A DNA stretch of 64,000 nucleotides from Bacteroidales bacterium (GCA_007132225.1 SLPB01000071.1:13811-77810), one strand, 5' to 3'; counted from the stretch's first letter, positions 17,066 to 29,626 are shown. Program-made: numbers and translations. The notes: generated by a model not told the origin, from the sequence alone.

Positions 17066-18439
17066 TTAATTCTTTTCCAGGACAATAACTGTGGCAACAG
17101 TATCCGGAGCATTTGCGGGAAGCTGTAAACTAACACCCGCTCCGTTATCCTCAAATGTAAGGGAAGAACGGCCGGGATCAGACAGTACCCAGGCCCGGTC
17201 TATTCCATTTATATCCTGAAGTGATAATTTCCCGTCTGCCGGCCAGTCAAATACATGAGCAAAAATACGGTTGTCCCTGACCGTATACCTTCCCCAATCC
17301 GGGCGGTCAACCGGACTGGGATCCACGCCATAAACAGATTCTCCGTTTACATTCAACCACTCACCCATAGTTTTCAGGCGTTCAACACTGGGTTCCGGAA
17401 TAATGCCCTCCGCGGTAGGTCCTACATTAAGAAGCAGATTGCCGCCTTTAGAGGCAATGTCAATAAGATTACGTATAAGGGTAGTTGATGATTTCCAATT
17501 ATGATCAAAATGCTTGTATCCCCATGTATCATTCATAGTCAGGCACGATTCCCATTTTAACCCGGGCATTCCCGTAGCCGGTATCTGTTTTTCCGGTGTG
17601 CCGAAATCCCCGGCGAAATCACCTTCTGCATCCATTCCCTCCATGCCCTGACGGCCTTTGTCAACGCGGTTATTAATAATTAAATCAGGTTTAATGTTTC
17701 TAAGGTAATTGTATATATCCCTTCCCATCTCAGAGGTATAATCAGGTATCCATTCACCATCAAACCATAGCACACCAATATCTCCATACCCAGTAAGCAA
17801 CTCTTTTAACTGGGGTTTCATGAATTCATCAACATAACGCGGGAAATTGGGATTTACATTTTCGCTGTCACGCCACTGATTATATTCCGGTTCAAAAATA
17901 GCCTGCGCATCAGGATGATGCCAGTCCATTATAGAATAATAGAACCCGAGCTTTATGCCTTCCTTTTCACAGGCATCGGCCAGTTCTTTAAGTATATCAC
18001 GGCGGAAGGGAGTTGCTTCCATTATATTCCAGTCAGTATATTCTGTATCCCACAGGCAAAAACCATCATGATGCTTTGAAGTTATTATTATATAATTCAT
18101 ACCTGCCTGCTTTGCAATTGAAACCCATTCATCTGCATCAAACTTAACAGGGTTGAATTGCGGGGCAAATTCCTCGTATTCAGAAATGGGTATCCGGAGA
18201 CTATTCATTATCCATTCCCCTATTCCCTCAATCTTTTCACCTTTATACTCACCGGCAGGAACAGCATAGAGTCCCCAATGTATAAACATGCCAAATTTGG
18301 CATCATCCCACCAGGCCATCCTGGCTTTCTTTTCCTCTTCAGATTCATTAAGATAATTAACCTGCGGCCGGGGATGGCTGCAGCCGGACATCAGCAGTAA
18401 TGAAATAATTACCAGGGTAATAATGGTTTTGGGATTCAT
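17066..18439 (-). CDS. Alpha-L-fucosidase (GH29), lipoprotein
   Basis: Lipobox MSGC; AKFGMFIHWGLY, TSKHHDGF, LWFDGEW (nucleophile Asp), WESCLTMNDTWGY, GGNLLLNVGP. Confidence 0.93.
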   Translation of the reverse strand: MNPKTIITLVIISLLLMSGCSHPRPQVNYLNESEEEKKARMAWWDDAKFGMFIHWGLYAVPAGEYKGEKIEGIGEWIMNSLRIPISEYEEFAPQFNPVKFDADEWVSIAKQAGMNYIIITSKHHDGFCLWDTEYTDWNIMEATPFRRDILKELADACEKEGIKLGFYYSIMDWHHPDAQAIFEPEYNQWRDSENVNPNFPRYVDEFMKPQLKELLTGYGDIGVLWFDGEWIPDYTSEMGRDIYNYLRNIKPDLIINNRVDKGRQGMEGMDAEGDFAGDFGTPEKQIPATGMPGLKWESCLTMNDTWGYKHFDHNWKSSTTLIRNLIDIASKGGNLLLNVGPTAEGIIPEPSVERLKTMGEWLNVNGESVYGVDPSPVDRPDWGRYTVRDNRIFAHVFDWPADGKLSLQDINGIDRAWVLSDPGRSSLTFEDNGAGVSLQLPANAPDTVATVIVLEKN

Positions 18440-18611
18440 AATTTTATATTTTATTACTGGTTTATAATTGGTTTATCATTAATCACATACCGCAAATAAT
18501 AAAAAACCTTATAAAACCGGCTAATTGCATTTAAAAATAAACTCGGAAAACTTATCTTCAATATATGAGTCGTTAACAAAATGGCAATGAATGATGAAAT
18601 CAAACTTCAAA

Positions 18612-19196
18612 TCAATCATGTGCAACAAGTTTCCTGTAAATCTCATGGCACACCCATGCATCAGTAGCAGCGTAAATCAGTTGCGAATCTGTAAGAACTT
18701 TCCTCTCCCAGTTGGATACCTGTTGTGATTTTGAAATCTGTATGCCAAGAACTATACCGGCGAGTTTTCTTAATCCACTATCTGAAATATGATATTTTTT
18801 TACCATCTCCTGTAATTCAATAAATCCCTCAGCCCTGAACTGGTTTAATTTCTGGAGTGATTTTATATCATCTCTGATAGCAGCTCCAACCTTTAAAATA
18901 TTTTTGTTTGAAAGCAATGAGGCAAGGGGTGCGGTAAATCCTGTTTTATTGAGCCTGAAAATAAAAACCCTGTCACGGGCGGCAAGCTGCAAAAGCGCAA
19001 CACCATTGACCACACCTTTTTTAAAAGCAGGTTTGGTTTCAGTATCAAAGCCAAGAAGATCATAAGATTCAAGCATCTTAACAGCCCGGGGAACGGTTTC
19101 CGGATCATCGACCACAACAATCTCTCCGGCGAAGGCAGATAAGGGAAGTGATTTTATTTCATCACTTGATATTGCTGGTGCATATGAGTTAATCAT
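18612..19196 (-). CDS. 3'-5' exonuclease (DnaQ/RNase D/WRN-like)
   Basis: LGFDTETKP, LLQLA, KVGAAIRDD, SNWE..LT..QLIYAATDAW. Likely start is ATG 19196, overlapping the upstream stop; the ORF track extends to 19301. Confidence 0.9.
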   Translation of the reverse strand: MINSYAPAISSDEIKSLPLSAFAGEIVVVDDPETVPRAVKMLESYDLLGFDTETKPAFKKGVVNGVALLQLAARDRVFIFRLNKTGFTAPLASLLSNKNILKVGAAIRDDIKSLQKLNQFRAEGFIELQEMVKKYHISDSGLRKLAGIVLGIQISKSQQVSNWERKVLTDSQLIYAATDAWVCHEIYRKLVAHD

Positions 19197-19815
19197 CCTC
19201 TTCATTCCATAGCTTTTGTCGTTGTGAAAAAATCCAGTCATCAGTATTCGTATTGTTAGCGGGATTATCTGTTTCTTTTTCTTCATCTTCAGGCAAAGCA
19301 TCTCCGTGCATCAGGTTATGAAGGGCACGCAGACTGTTAAGCAGTTTTTGTCCCCAGCTCTGTTCAAAATGCTGTACGCACTCCCATAAAGCATCGTTCA
19401 TCAGATCAACTGTCCCCACATGGTACCGCATCACAAAATCTTTAATATCCTGATATATATCTGCCATATTTTCAGCTATGCTTCCTCCAACCGCATCCTC
19501 TGTATCTTTTAATACCGGATCGATCGCCTCAGGATAATCATTAAACCTGCCAAGTTTTCCCAGCAAAGTATCATGAATTACCTGCCATTCCTCTTCACTA
19601 ACAAATTGTTCAGCACCCTCCTCAAAAACAGCTTCTGTCCCGGGCAGGAGAGTGGCCTTGTAATACAACAAAGGCAGTATCTTACGGCTTTTATCAATAA
19701 AATCGGTTCTGGCAAAACCTCCTGCCTGTTCAAGAAAACTGCACAATTCATTAGCCACTGCTACAAATTCTATCACAACACGGGAGTACACCAGGTCTTC
19801 TTTGGTTCTTTCCAT
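19189..19815 (-). CDS. DUF5063-family protein
   Basis: VIEFVAVANELC, LPLLYYKA, ENMADIYQDIKDF, WGQKLLNSLRALH. Confidence 0.85.
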   Translation of the reverse strand: MERTKEDLVYSRVVIEFVAVANELCSFLEQAGGFARTDFIDKSRKILPLLYYKATLLPGTEAVFEEGAEQFVSEEEWQVIHDTLLGKLGRFNDYPEAIDPVLKDTEDAVGGSIAENMADIYQDIKDFVMRYHVGTVDLMNDALWECVQHFEQSWGQKLLNSLRALHNLMHGDALPEDEEKETDNPANNTNTDDWIFSQRQKLWNEEDD

Positions 19816-19844
19816 AATAATTAAAACAAATTAAAATCCGCAGG

Positions 19845-19852
19845 CAAAATTA
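19845..19852 (-). promoter_or_regulatory. -7 element for the DUF5063/exonuclease operon
   Basis: Minus-strand TAATTTTG, 29 nt upstream of the start. Confidence 0.5.
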
Positions 19853-19903
19853 CTAAAACAAAACCACTATAAAAAAAAGTGTATGCCTTTGGTAATATTC
19901 TGG

Positions 19904-21808
19904 TTATACATTGAACCTGATTATATTACCGGTGCTTTTTATAATCTGTCCGTTATCAAGAAGCCAGCGAATTACCCTGAGTGTTTTATCAGGCGGGTAT
20001 TCAAGCATATCAACCAGTTCATCTGCCATAACATTGCTGTGCCCGATTACTTTCTTTATATTATCAGTAATCAGTTTGAATTCATGCTGACTCATCTCCA
20101 TGTGGTCAACATTGGCACAGACATCACAGTGACCACATCTTACCGCATTCTTCTCCCCAAAATATTCGAGCAGCAAAATACTCCGGCATCTGTTTTTTGA
20201 AGCTGCGTATGAGAGAACCGAATCCATCTTATTGACATAATGCTCCTTACGAGCACCATAGGCAGAAGATGAAATAAACAGGGAGCTTGCATCCAGTCTC
20301 TCGCTGTTCATAATAATAAGCGGTGATCTCCTTTGGGGCACATACTTAATTATCTTCATTTTATTTAACCTGACAAGATACTGATAAATAACTTCGCGGG
20401 TAGTTGAGGATTTCCTGGCCAGGAACATCTCATCTATAGCCTGAAACCCGCTAAAAATTCCGGAATATGAGCGTAAAAGAAGCTTAATAAAACCGTCAAA
20501 AGATGCATTTGCAACCTGGAACCTGTATAATTCATCCCGTCCTACAATAAAATGGATTTTCGAAGGATTGCTGATCTCATCGGTAAGCTCAAGGTAGTCT
20601 GCTGCTTCCAGGGCTTTAATTGAATAATAGCAAGTCATCACATTAAATTTGTACCTTGAAGCAAAATCCATAATATTAAAATCCAGCACTGCGCCTTTCC
20701 CTCCTCCAAAGGGAATCTGCAGATAACTTCCTAAAGCCTGATACACCTTCCTTATCATTGATATTTCAGGAAATCTCACTGTTCTCCTTCTATCGGAATT
20801 GACTTTGTCAGCTGAATTGAAAAGCAATATGGCAAATGAAGGTTTTCCGTCCCTGCCCGCCCTTCCAGCCTCCTGAAAATAACTTTCCAGGGTATCAGGT
20901 ATATCAAAATGCAGAACAAATCGAACATCTGACTTATCAATACCCATGCCAAAGGCATTTGTTGCCACAATAACACGGGTTTTTCCTGTCATCCATTCAT
21001 TCTGCTTCATTGTCCTGGTTTCCGTGCCCAATCCTGCATGGTAATAATCAGCCTTTACATTGTTATTGGAAAGAAACCTGGCTATTTCAGCAGTTTTCCT
21101 CCTGTTACGTGCATATACTATACCGCTGCCGGGAATTTTCTTTATGGTATTAATTAATTGTTTGTGTTTATCATCGGTAACACAGACCATATAACGCAGA
21201 TTTTTTCGCTCGAAGCTTGCACGTATGGCATTGGGTGATGAAAAACGAAGCTTTACCTGGATATCATCAATCACATCACTGGTTGCAGTAGCGGTAAGTG
21301 CAAGAACAGGGATCCCGGGTAGAATATCCCTCAATTCGGATATTTTCAGGTAGGCGGGTCTGAAATCGTATCCCCATTGAGATATACAATGTGCTTCGTC
21401 CACTGCGAGAAGACTGACATTCATCTTTTTAGCTCTTTCTCTGAAAATTTCTGTTCCAAGTCTCTCGGGTGAAACGTAAAGAAATTTATACCCGCCATAT
21501 ATACAATTATCAAGTGAAACATCAATTTCCTGCCTGCTCATTCCTGAATAAATTGCCATAGCCTTAATCCCCCTTTTTAGCAGATTATCCACCTGGTCTC
21601 TCATTAATGCAATTAAGGGGGTTACAACAATACAGATTCCTTCAGTTGCAAGTGCGGGAACCTGAAAAGTAATGGATTTACCTCCGCCAGTTGGCATTAG
21701 TGCAAGAGTATCACGTCCGGAGACAATGGAATTAATAATCTCCTCCTGCATGGGTTTAAAAGTGGTAAAACCCCAGTAACGGTTCAGTATTTTGTTATAA
21801 AGGTTCAA
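19904..21808 (-). CDS. recQ: RecQ-family ATP-dependent DNA helicase
   Basis: MPTGGGKS, VDEAHCISQWGYDFRP, ATNAFGMGIDK, QEAGRAGRDG, Zn site CR...CGHCDVC. Confidence 0.93.
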   Translation of the reverse strand: MNLYNKILNRYWGFTTFKPMQEEIINSIVSGRDTLALMPTGGGKSITFQVPALATEGICIVVTPLIALMRDQVDNLLKRGIKAMAIYSGMSRQEIDVSLDNCIYGGYKFLYVSPERLGTEIFRERAKKMNVSLLAVDEAHCISQWGYDFRPAYLKISELRDILPGIPVLALTATATSDVIDDIQVKLRFSSPNAIRASFERKNLRYMVCVTDDKHKQLINTIKKIPGSGIVYARNRRKTAEIARFLSNNNVKADYYHAGLGTETRTMKQNEWMTGKTRVIVATNAFGMGIDKSDVRFVLHFDIPDTLESYFQEAGRAGRDGKPSFAILLFNSADKVNSDRRRTVRFPEISMIRKVYQALGSYLQIPFGGGKGAVLDFNIMDFASRYKFNVMTCYYSIKALEAADYLELTDEISNPSKIHFIVGRDELYRFQVANASFDGFIKLLLRSYSGIFSGFQAIDEMFLARKSSTTREVIYQYLVRLNKMKIIKYVPQRRSPLIIMNSERLDASSLFISSSAYGARKEHYVNKMDSVLSYAASKNRCRSILLLEYFGEKNAVRCGHCDVCANVDHMEMSQHEFKLITDNIKKVIGHSNVMADELVDMLEYPPDKTLRVIRWLLDNGQIIKSTGNIIRFNV

Positions 21809-21931
21809 GACATTTGGTAAATATTTTGTATGGCAGTGTTAACAAAAATCATTCAGCTACTTAACTGTAAAAGAAACGAAAAATTATTTGCATCTGCTAA
21901 TTTTTCGTAACTTAGCGCAATTTAAATTTAA

Positions 21932-23410
<1,479 letters not shown>

Positions 23411-23535
23411 TCATCACAACTGCATTATCAATTTTTACGAATAATTAACTACTCATAATAACAATACCCGGGAATTATTATCAGTTATTAAACATGAGGA
23501 AATAAGTACTCAGTTAACTACATTAATTTTGTCTG

Positions 23536-25524
23536 ATGGATAGAACATTGATTACCAGAGTAAAGATTATAGCGGGGATGCTCTGTTTTTTCTTATTTGC
23601 TTTCTTTTCTTCCCCTGTTTCCTTTGCAGCCCGGGAAACAAAGAATAATGAGGTTATTATGGTAGTTCATGACAGGGAAATTACAAGATCCGAGTTTATC
23701 AGATACTGGAAGAAAAATGATTTATATGCAGAACCCAAGCCTGTTGACGATTATCTGGAGCTTTTCACAATTTTCCAACTGAAACTGGCACATGCAAGAG
23801 ACGTGGGTATTCATCTCAACACCTCCTTTCAGGATAAGCTTGAAAGCTTCAGGAGGGAACTGGCACAACCATACCTGACAGATACGGAGAAACAAGATAA
23901 ACTTGTTAAAGAGGCATATGAAAGGCTTTTATATGATGTAAATGCAAGCCATATCCTGGTAAAACTTTCGCCCGGATATAGTCCGGATGACACCCTTAAG
24001 GCCTGGAATAAAGCAATGCATATAAGGGATCGTATAATGATGGGCGAATCATTCGAAAAAGTCGCCACTGCCACCTCCGATGACCCGTCAGCAAAAATAA
24101 ATTCCGGAAACCTTGGTTATTTCACGGTTTTTCATATGGTATATCCGTTTGAAAATTACATATACAGGGCCAAACCCGGAGACTTAAGCATGCCGGTCAG
24201 GACCCGCTTCGGCTACCATATAATCAGGGTAAATGACATTCTGGAATCAAGGGGAGATATCAAAACTGCTCATATTATGATTGGTTTCGACCAATACAAT
24301 GAGCAGGATGCAAAAAAAAAATCGGCCGGGATATATGAAAAGATTATTGCCGGATCAAGTTTTGAACAGATGGCAAAAGAACATTCAACAGATATCAATA
24401 CAGCTCCCCGGGGGGGAGAGCTTTCCTGGTTTGGTTCAGGGGAGATTACACCTGAGTTTGAAGCTGCAGCCTTTGCTCTTGAAAAGCCCGGTGATATTTC
24501 AGAGCCCGTAAGAACAAGATATGGCTGGCATATAATAAAGCTGATAGATAAAAGAGAGATACGCCGTTTCGAAGAGGTGAAAAATTTACTGGCCGAAAGG
24601 ATAAGAGATTCAAGGGATGAAAGATCCATGAAACTAAGAGATGCCTTTGTGGAAAAACTTAAGGAAGAGTGGTCATTCTCCGAAAATCCCGGAGCACTTG
24701 ATATTTTTTATAATATTATCGATCAAAGAATATTTGACGGAAACTGGCAGATTCCGTCAAACAGGCAGTTAAACCAGGTTTTGTTCAGCGTAAGAGGGGC
24801 CAGCGTCACCCAAATGGATTTCGCAAATTTTATTTCAGAAAATGCATACAGCCGAAAACCATGGCCGGTTAATGAGTATATCTATAACATGTACAATGAA
24901 TATGTAAAAAAATGGCTGGTCAATTATGAGGATCACAACCTGGAAAATAAATATCCGGATTTCCGTTACAGGTTAAGAGAATATAAAGACGGCATGATGC
25001 TTTATGAAATCAACAAGCGCCAGGTGTGGTCAAAGGTTAATAAAGATAACAAAGGCCTTACTGAGTTCTATCAGAGAAACAAACATAATTACATGTGGGA
25101 GAAAAGAATATACGCAAGCATTTTCACCACAGAAGACAGGCGAACAGGAAGAAGGGCCTCGAGAAGGGCTGCAAGGAGCATGCGTTTTGACAGCCGGGAT
25201 AATGACTGGATTATTGATCGCCTTAACAGAAGGTCGGAAGAGGATGTAATAACAGTGGAAAATGGTGTTTTTTCCAGGGGGGATAACCATTTGACTGACC
25301 GGTTTAAATGGATTGAATGTGCATCAGAGGTCATTCAGGAGAATAACAAATACCATGTTGTGCTCATCCATGAGGTTCTTGACCCCGAGCCAAAACCCCT
25401 GGATAGCGCCAGGGCACAGGTCGTTGCAGATTACCAGGAACACCTGGAAAATGAGTGGATAAAAGATCTGCGGGGTAAATACAATGTTGTGATAAATAAA
25501 GACGTTCTACACAAGATAGATTAG
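23536..25524 (+). CDS. Parvulin-type peptidyl-prolyl isomerase (SurA/PrsA-like, two rotamase domains)
   Basis: ASHILVK, GNLGYFTVFHMVYPFE, TRFGYHII, AHIMI, GGELSWF, TRYGWHIIKL. Confidence 0.88.
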   Translation: MDRTLITRVKIIAGMLCFFLFAFFSSPVSFAARETKNNEVIMVVHDREITRSEFIRYWKKNDLYAEPKPVDDYLELFTIFQLKLAHARDVGIHLNTSFQDKLESFRRELAQPYLTDTEKQDKLVKEAYERLLYDVNASHILVKLSPGYSPDDTLKAWNKAMHIRDRIMMGESFEKVATATSDDPSAKINSGNLGYFTVFHMVYPFENYIYRAKPGDLSMPVRTRFGYHIIRVNDILESRGDIKTAHIMIGFDQYNEQDAKKKSAGIYEKIIAGSSFEQMAKEHSTDINTAPRGGELSWFGSGEITPEFEAAAFALEKPGDISEPVRTRYGWHIIKLIDKREIRRFEEVKNLLAERIRDSRDERSMKLRDAFVEKLKEEWSFSENPGALDIFYNIIDQRIFDGNWQIPSNRQLNQVLFSVRGASVTQMDFANFISENAYSRKPWPVNEYIYNMYNEYVKKWLVNYEDHNLENKYPDFRYRLREYKDGMMLYEINKRQVWSKVNKDNKGLTEFYQRNKHNYMWEKRIYASIFTTEDRRTGRRASRRAARSMRFDSRDNDWIIDRLNRRSEEDVITVENGVFSRGDNHLTDRFKWIECASEVIQENNKYHVVLIHEVLDPEPKPLDSARAQVVADYQEHLENEWIKDLRGKYNVVINKDVLHKID

Positions 25525-25579
25525 AGTCTGACGGATTTTAAATTAGCTTTAAAAACCCTGTTGCCGGGTTATGTTGTAA

Positions 25580-26431
25580 TTGTTACAAACTATGAGGATA
25601 TATATTATTATTGCATCAGTGTTACTTTTATCTTTGGAAGCCTGCACAAGTTTTAATAACAGGAATCAGGACCCCATTGCCAAGGTCAACAACAATTATC
25701 TTTTCAGGGAAGATATAGCCGGTATATTTCCTGCAGATGTCAGTTCTGCCGACAGTATTAAACTGGCCAGACAATATATTGACAAATGGATACGTAACCA
25801 GCTATTTCTCAGGCTGGCAGAAGCCAATCTGCCGGCAGATGAAATGAACCTGGATAAACAGATATCTGATTTCAGATCCTCGCTGTTAATATTTAAATAC
25901 CAACAGTACCTTTTAAATCAAAAGCTTGATTCAATTATCACTTCAAAAGAGATTGAAGAATATTACCAGGAGAATGCAAATAATTTTATCCTTGACAAAA
26001 CGGTAATCACGGGCATTTTCCTCAAGGTTCCGGTTAATGCCCCCAGTAAGAACCGGTTGCTCGAATGGTTCAGGAATGCAAATGATCTTTTACAGATTGA
26101 GAACTACAGCAGTCAGCATGCGGTTAATTATATCAGGTTTGACGAAACCTGGATATATCTTGATGATATCCTCAAGGAATTTCCTGCAGAATCGTCTATC
26201 GCCGTGGGTAATATATCCAATATTGATCATATTACTGCCGAAGATAACGATTACCATTACTTTCTGGGAATACTGGAGCACAAATCCCCAAGGAGCCAGA
26301 TGCCCCTTTCCCTTGCCAGCATCAGGATCAGGGATATAATACTGAATAAAAGAAAAATAGAATTTTTAAACGACCTTGAAAGAAAAGTCCTTACCGAAGG
26401 TTTAAGTAAAAATGCATATCAATATTTTTAA
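25580..26431 (+). CDS. Conserved lipoprotein in the surA cluster (PPIase-associated)
   Basis: Lipobox-like LEAC; IAKVNNNYLF, DSI..ARQYIDKW, NFILDK; sits between two SurA-like genes. Confidence 0.75.
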   Translation: MLQTMRIYIIIASVLLLSLEACTSFNNRNQDPIAKVNNNYLFREDIAGIFPADVSSADSIKLARQYIDKWIRNQLFLRLAEANLPADEMNLDKQISDFRSSLLIFKYQQYLLNQKLDSIITSKEIEEYYQENANNFILDKTVITGIFLKVPVNAPSKNRLLEWFRNANDLLQIENYSSQHAVNYIRFDETWIYLDDILKEFPAESSIAVGNISNIDHITAEDNDYHYFLGILEHKSPRSQMPLSLASIRIRDIILNKRKIEFLNDLERKVLTEGLSKNAYQYF

Positions 26432-27806
26432 TACCCCTATTACTATGTTAAAAAAGAGCTTTTATATATTATCATATTCAATAGTTCTGGCTTTTTTCGC
26501 CGGACAATTTCCCGCCTCTGCCCAGGAAAGAATTGTAGACCGGGTTGTTGCGGTAGTTGGCAACAACATAGTCCTCCAGTCTGAAATTGAACAAGAGCTT
26601 CTTCAAATGCAGGCTCAGGGTTATGTTCCCTCGGATAACTCGAGATGTAATTTACTTGATAACCAGATTGCACAAAGGCTATTGCTGAACCAGGCAATAA
26701 TTGATTCGATTGAAGTATCGGATGGTGAGGTTGAAATGGAATTAAACAGGAGGCTTCAGTTTTTTATTCAACAAATAGGATCTGAACAAAAGCTGGAGGA
26801 CTATTACAGTAAAAGCATCCTGGAGATCAAGGAGGACTTCCGCGAAATTGTCAGGGATCAGCTTATCACAGGGTACATGCAGGACAACATCATCGGTACT
26901 GTCAGGGTTACGCCTTCAGAAGTAAGACGGTTCTTTAATAATATACCCGAGGATGACCTTCCAATGATCCCTTCAAAGGTGGAATTAAGAAGAATAACAA
27001 TCTATCCCAAACACAGCGAAGCAGAGATCTTTCAGGTAAGACAAAGACTTAATGAAATAAGGCAAAGGATCATTGAAGGTGAAAGTTTCAGAACTATGGC
27101 GGTATTATATTCAGATGACCCGGGCTCAGCCCGCCGGGGTGGAGAGCTGGGATATATGTCACGCTCGGACCTGGTCCCTGAGTTTGCAAATGTTGCTTTC
27201 GCACTGAAAGAGGACAGGGTGTCACCGGTTTTTGAAACTGAGTTTGGCTTTCACATTGCACAGCTTATTGACCGCAGGGGAGAACAGGTCAATGTAAGGC
27301 ACATTCTTATGCGCCCCAGTGCTACCGATCAGGCCAAATTAGATGCAAGAAATTTCCTTGACAGCCTCGCTGTGAGAATACGGACTGATACCCTAAATTT
27401 CAGCAGAGCCGCAATGATTTATACAGAAGATAAAGATACAAGATTGAGCGGAGGGCTGGTAATTAATCCTGCAACAGGTGGTTCAAGATTTGAGCTTGAT
27501 CAGCTTAATCCGGTGCAATATGATGCGGTAAGGGATATGAAGGTGGGTGAAATAAGAGGTCCGCTCGAATCACGTGACAATAGGGGCAAAACCTTTTACA
27601 AACTGTTATATCTTAATTCCCAGACATCTCCTCACAAGGCAAATCTTAAGGATGATTATTCTGAAATCAGGGAGATGGCTTTGAATAATAAAAGGCAAAA
27701 AATCCTTGAAGAGTGGATTGAGGATAAAAGGAAACGAACTTATATCAGGATTGATCAGGCCTATAAAAACTGTGATGTTTCACTGGGAGTTACAGGGCAA
27801 AGATAG
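26412..27806 (+). CDS. surA: SurA-like periplasmic chaperone/PPIase
   Basis: VDRVVAVVG, SDDPGSARRGGELG, TEFGFHI, NVRHIL. The real start is probably a downstream Met (MLKKSF). Confidence 0.85.
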   Translation: MHINIFNTPITMLKKSFYILSYSIVLAFFAGQFPASAQERIVDRVVAVVGNNIVLQSEIEQELLQMQAQGYVPSDNSRCNLLDNQIAQRLLLNQAIIDSIEVSDGEVEMELNRRLQFFIQQIGSEQKLEDYYSKSILEIKEDFREIVRDQLITGYMQDNIIGTVRVTPSEVRRFFNNIPEDDLPMIPSKVELRRITIYPKHSEAEIFQVRQRLNEIRQRIIEGESFRTMAVLYSDDPGSARRGGELGYMSRSDLVPEFANVAFALKEDRVSPVFETEFGFHIAQLIDRRGEQVNVRHILMRPSATDQAKLDARNFLDSLAVRIRTDTLNFSRAAMIYTEDKDTRLSGGLVINPATGGSRFELDQLNPVQYDAVRDMKVGEIRGPLESRDNRGKTFYKLLYLNSQTSPHKANLKDDYSEIREMALNNKRQKILEEWIEDKRKRTYIRIDQAYKNCDVSLGVTGQR

Positions 27807-27906
27807 GGTATAACAAATCAAAGATGCAAATAAAGCCGGGAAACAGAAACCTGAATACCTCAGCTCAGCTCATGATTAAAATAATCACATTTGAAGCTGC
27901 ACAGGT

Positions 27907-29625
27907 ATGAACCTTCCATTAATATTCTGCATCATTGGCCTGATGCTAACTACCATCAGGCTCGGATCACAGGATAATAATCAAAAGCCTGCAATAATCA
28001 ACATACTTAATGCTGAAAGTATGGAGGCGCCCTATGCGGGGATGGATGCCGACGGTATCCGGCTCATTGATAATGTGCGATTAAAACATGAAGATGTAAT
28101 CATGCTTTGCGACAGCGCACACCGTTATGCAAACACCAATATAGTACATGCTTTTGGTAATGTGCACCTTAACCAGGGAGACACCCTCCATCTTTATGGT
28201 GATCATCTGATTTATTACGGAAATACCCGGTATGCTGAGGTTAGACACAATGTACGGCTGGAGGACAGGGAAACGTCCCTTACCACAGAGTACCTGAATT
28301 TTGATATTGAAAATAATTTTGGCTACTATCCCAAAAACGGAGTGGTTATCAATGGGGACAACAGGCTGGAAAGCAGGCAGGGCTACTATTATACTAAAGA
28401 GAAGCTGCTTTTTTTCAAAGATAGTGTGGTAATTACCAATCCTGATTATATTATGCTGTCAGACACCCTGAAATATAATACAGTGACAGAAGTGGCATAT
28501 TTTCTGGGCCCCACGACAATTAAAGGAGATGAAATAAATATATACTGCGAAAACGGCTGGTTTAACACGCAGACAGATATATCGCAGTTTAATGAAAATG
28601 CAAGGGTTAAAAACAACAATCAGGTTCTTATAGCAGACAGCATATACTATGATAACGGGAAAGGAAGGGGTGAAGCATTTATTAATGTTGAGATCACAGA
28701 TACCACGGAAAATATAATAATAAAAGGTAATTATGCCTGGTTTGTAAGGAATCCTGAGGAGATGCTTATTACTGACCGGGCACTGCTTATTCAGATGTCG
28801 GAAAACGACACTCTCTACATGCATGCTGACACTCTCCGTTCCTGGCTACAGGTAAGTACACCGGATATAACGATACCGGAAATTAATGATCAGGAACCGC
28901 CGGACAGCAATAACAAATATTTACATGCCGTCACCGATGCAAATCCCCTGAATAACCAGATTGATACCTTAACTGAGATTACTGGCAACCGGCTCTCCGA
29001 AAGCCGGCTGTCCGAATCACCTCCTGAAATCAAAAACATTCCGGAACAGGAAAAAGAGGATACTGTCAGAATCATGGTCGCATATTATGGGACAAGGTTC
29101 TTTAGCAATGACATGCAGGGTAAGTGCGACTCATTGTATTATAATATGAGAGATTCCATAGTCTATATGTTTGGGGAGCCGGTGGTGTGGTCGGAAACCA
29201 GTCAGTTAACTTCAGAATTCATGGAGATACATTCTAAAAATGGTGAGCCGGACCATATTATTATGAAAAATTCCGCACTTATTGTTTCAGAGGAAGAGCC
29301 GGGACTTTACAACCAGATCAAAGGAAATGATGTTGTGGGGTATTTTCGTGACAGCGAACTCTACAGGGTGAACGTATCCGGAAATGCGGAAACTCTTTAT
29401 TATCCGGTAGAAAATGAAGAAATCATCGGGGTTAACAAGGCTGAAAGTTCTCGCTTAATAATTTTTCTTAAAGATAGTAAACCTGATAGAATAAGATTTC
29501 TCAATCATCCTGTGGCCACTCTTCACCCATTGTCCGATCTTTCTGAAGAAGAAAGACTTCTAAAAGGTTTTCATTGGCTGCACGATATAAGGCCCCGAAA
29601 TCCCGAGGATGTTTTCAGGAAATAA
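27907..29625 (+). CDS. OstA/LptA/LptD-N beta-jellyroll protein (LPS transport)
   Basis: MLCDSA, AFGNVHLNQGDTL, MQGKCDSLYY, YNQIKG, V.VSGNAETLYY, LKGFHW. Confidence 0.85.
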   Translation: MNLPLIFCIIGLMLTTIRLGSQDNNQKPAIINILNAESMEAPYAGMDADGIRLIDNVRLKHEDVIMLCDSAHRYANTNIVHAFGNVHLNQGDTLHLYGDHLIYYGNTRYAEVRHNVRLEDRETSLTTEYLNFDIENNFGYYPKNGVVINGDNRLESRQGYYYTKEKLLFFKDSVVITNPDYIMLSDTLKYNTVTEVAYFLGPTTIKGDEINIYCENGWFNTQTDISQFNENARVKNNNQVLIADSIYYDNGKGRGEAFINVEITDTTENIIIKGNYAWFVRNPEEMLITDRALLIQMSENDTLYMHADTLRSWLQVSTPDITIPEINDQEPPDSNNKYLHAVTDANPLNNQIDTLTEITGNRLSESRLSESPPEIKNIPEQEKEDTVRIMVAYYGTRFFSNDMQGKCDSLYYNMRDSIVYMFGEPVVWSETSQLTSEFMEIHSKNGEPDHIIMKNSALIVSEEEPGLYNQIKGNDVVGYFRDSELYRVNVSGNAETLYYPVENEEIIGVNKAESSRLIIFLKDSKPDRIRFLNHPVATLHPLSDLSEEERLLKGFHWLHDIRPRNPEDVFRK

Positions 29626-29626
29626 A

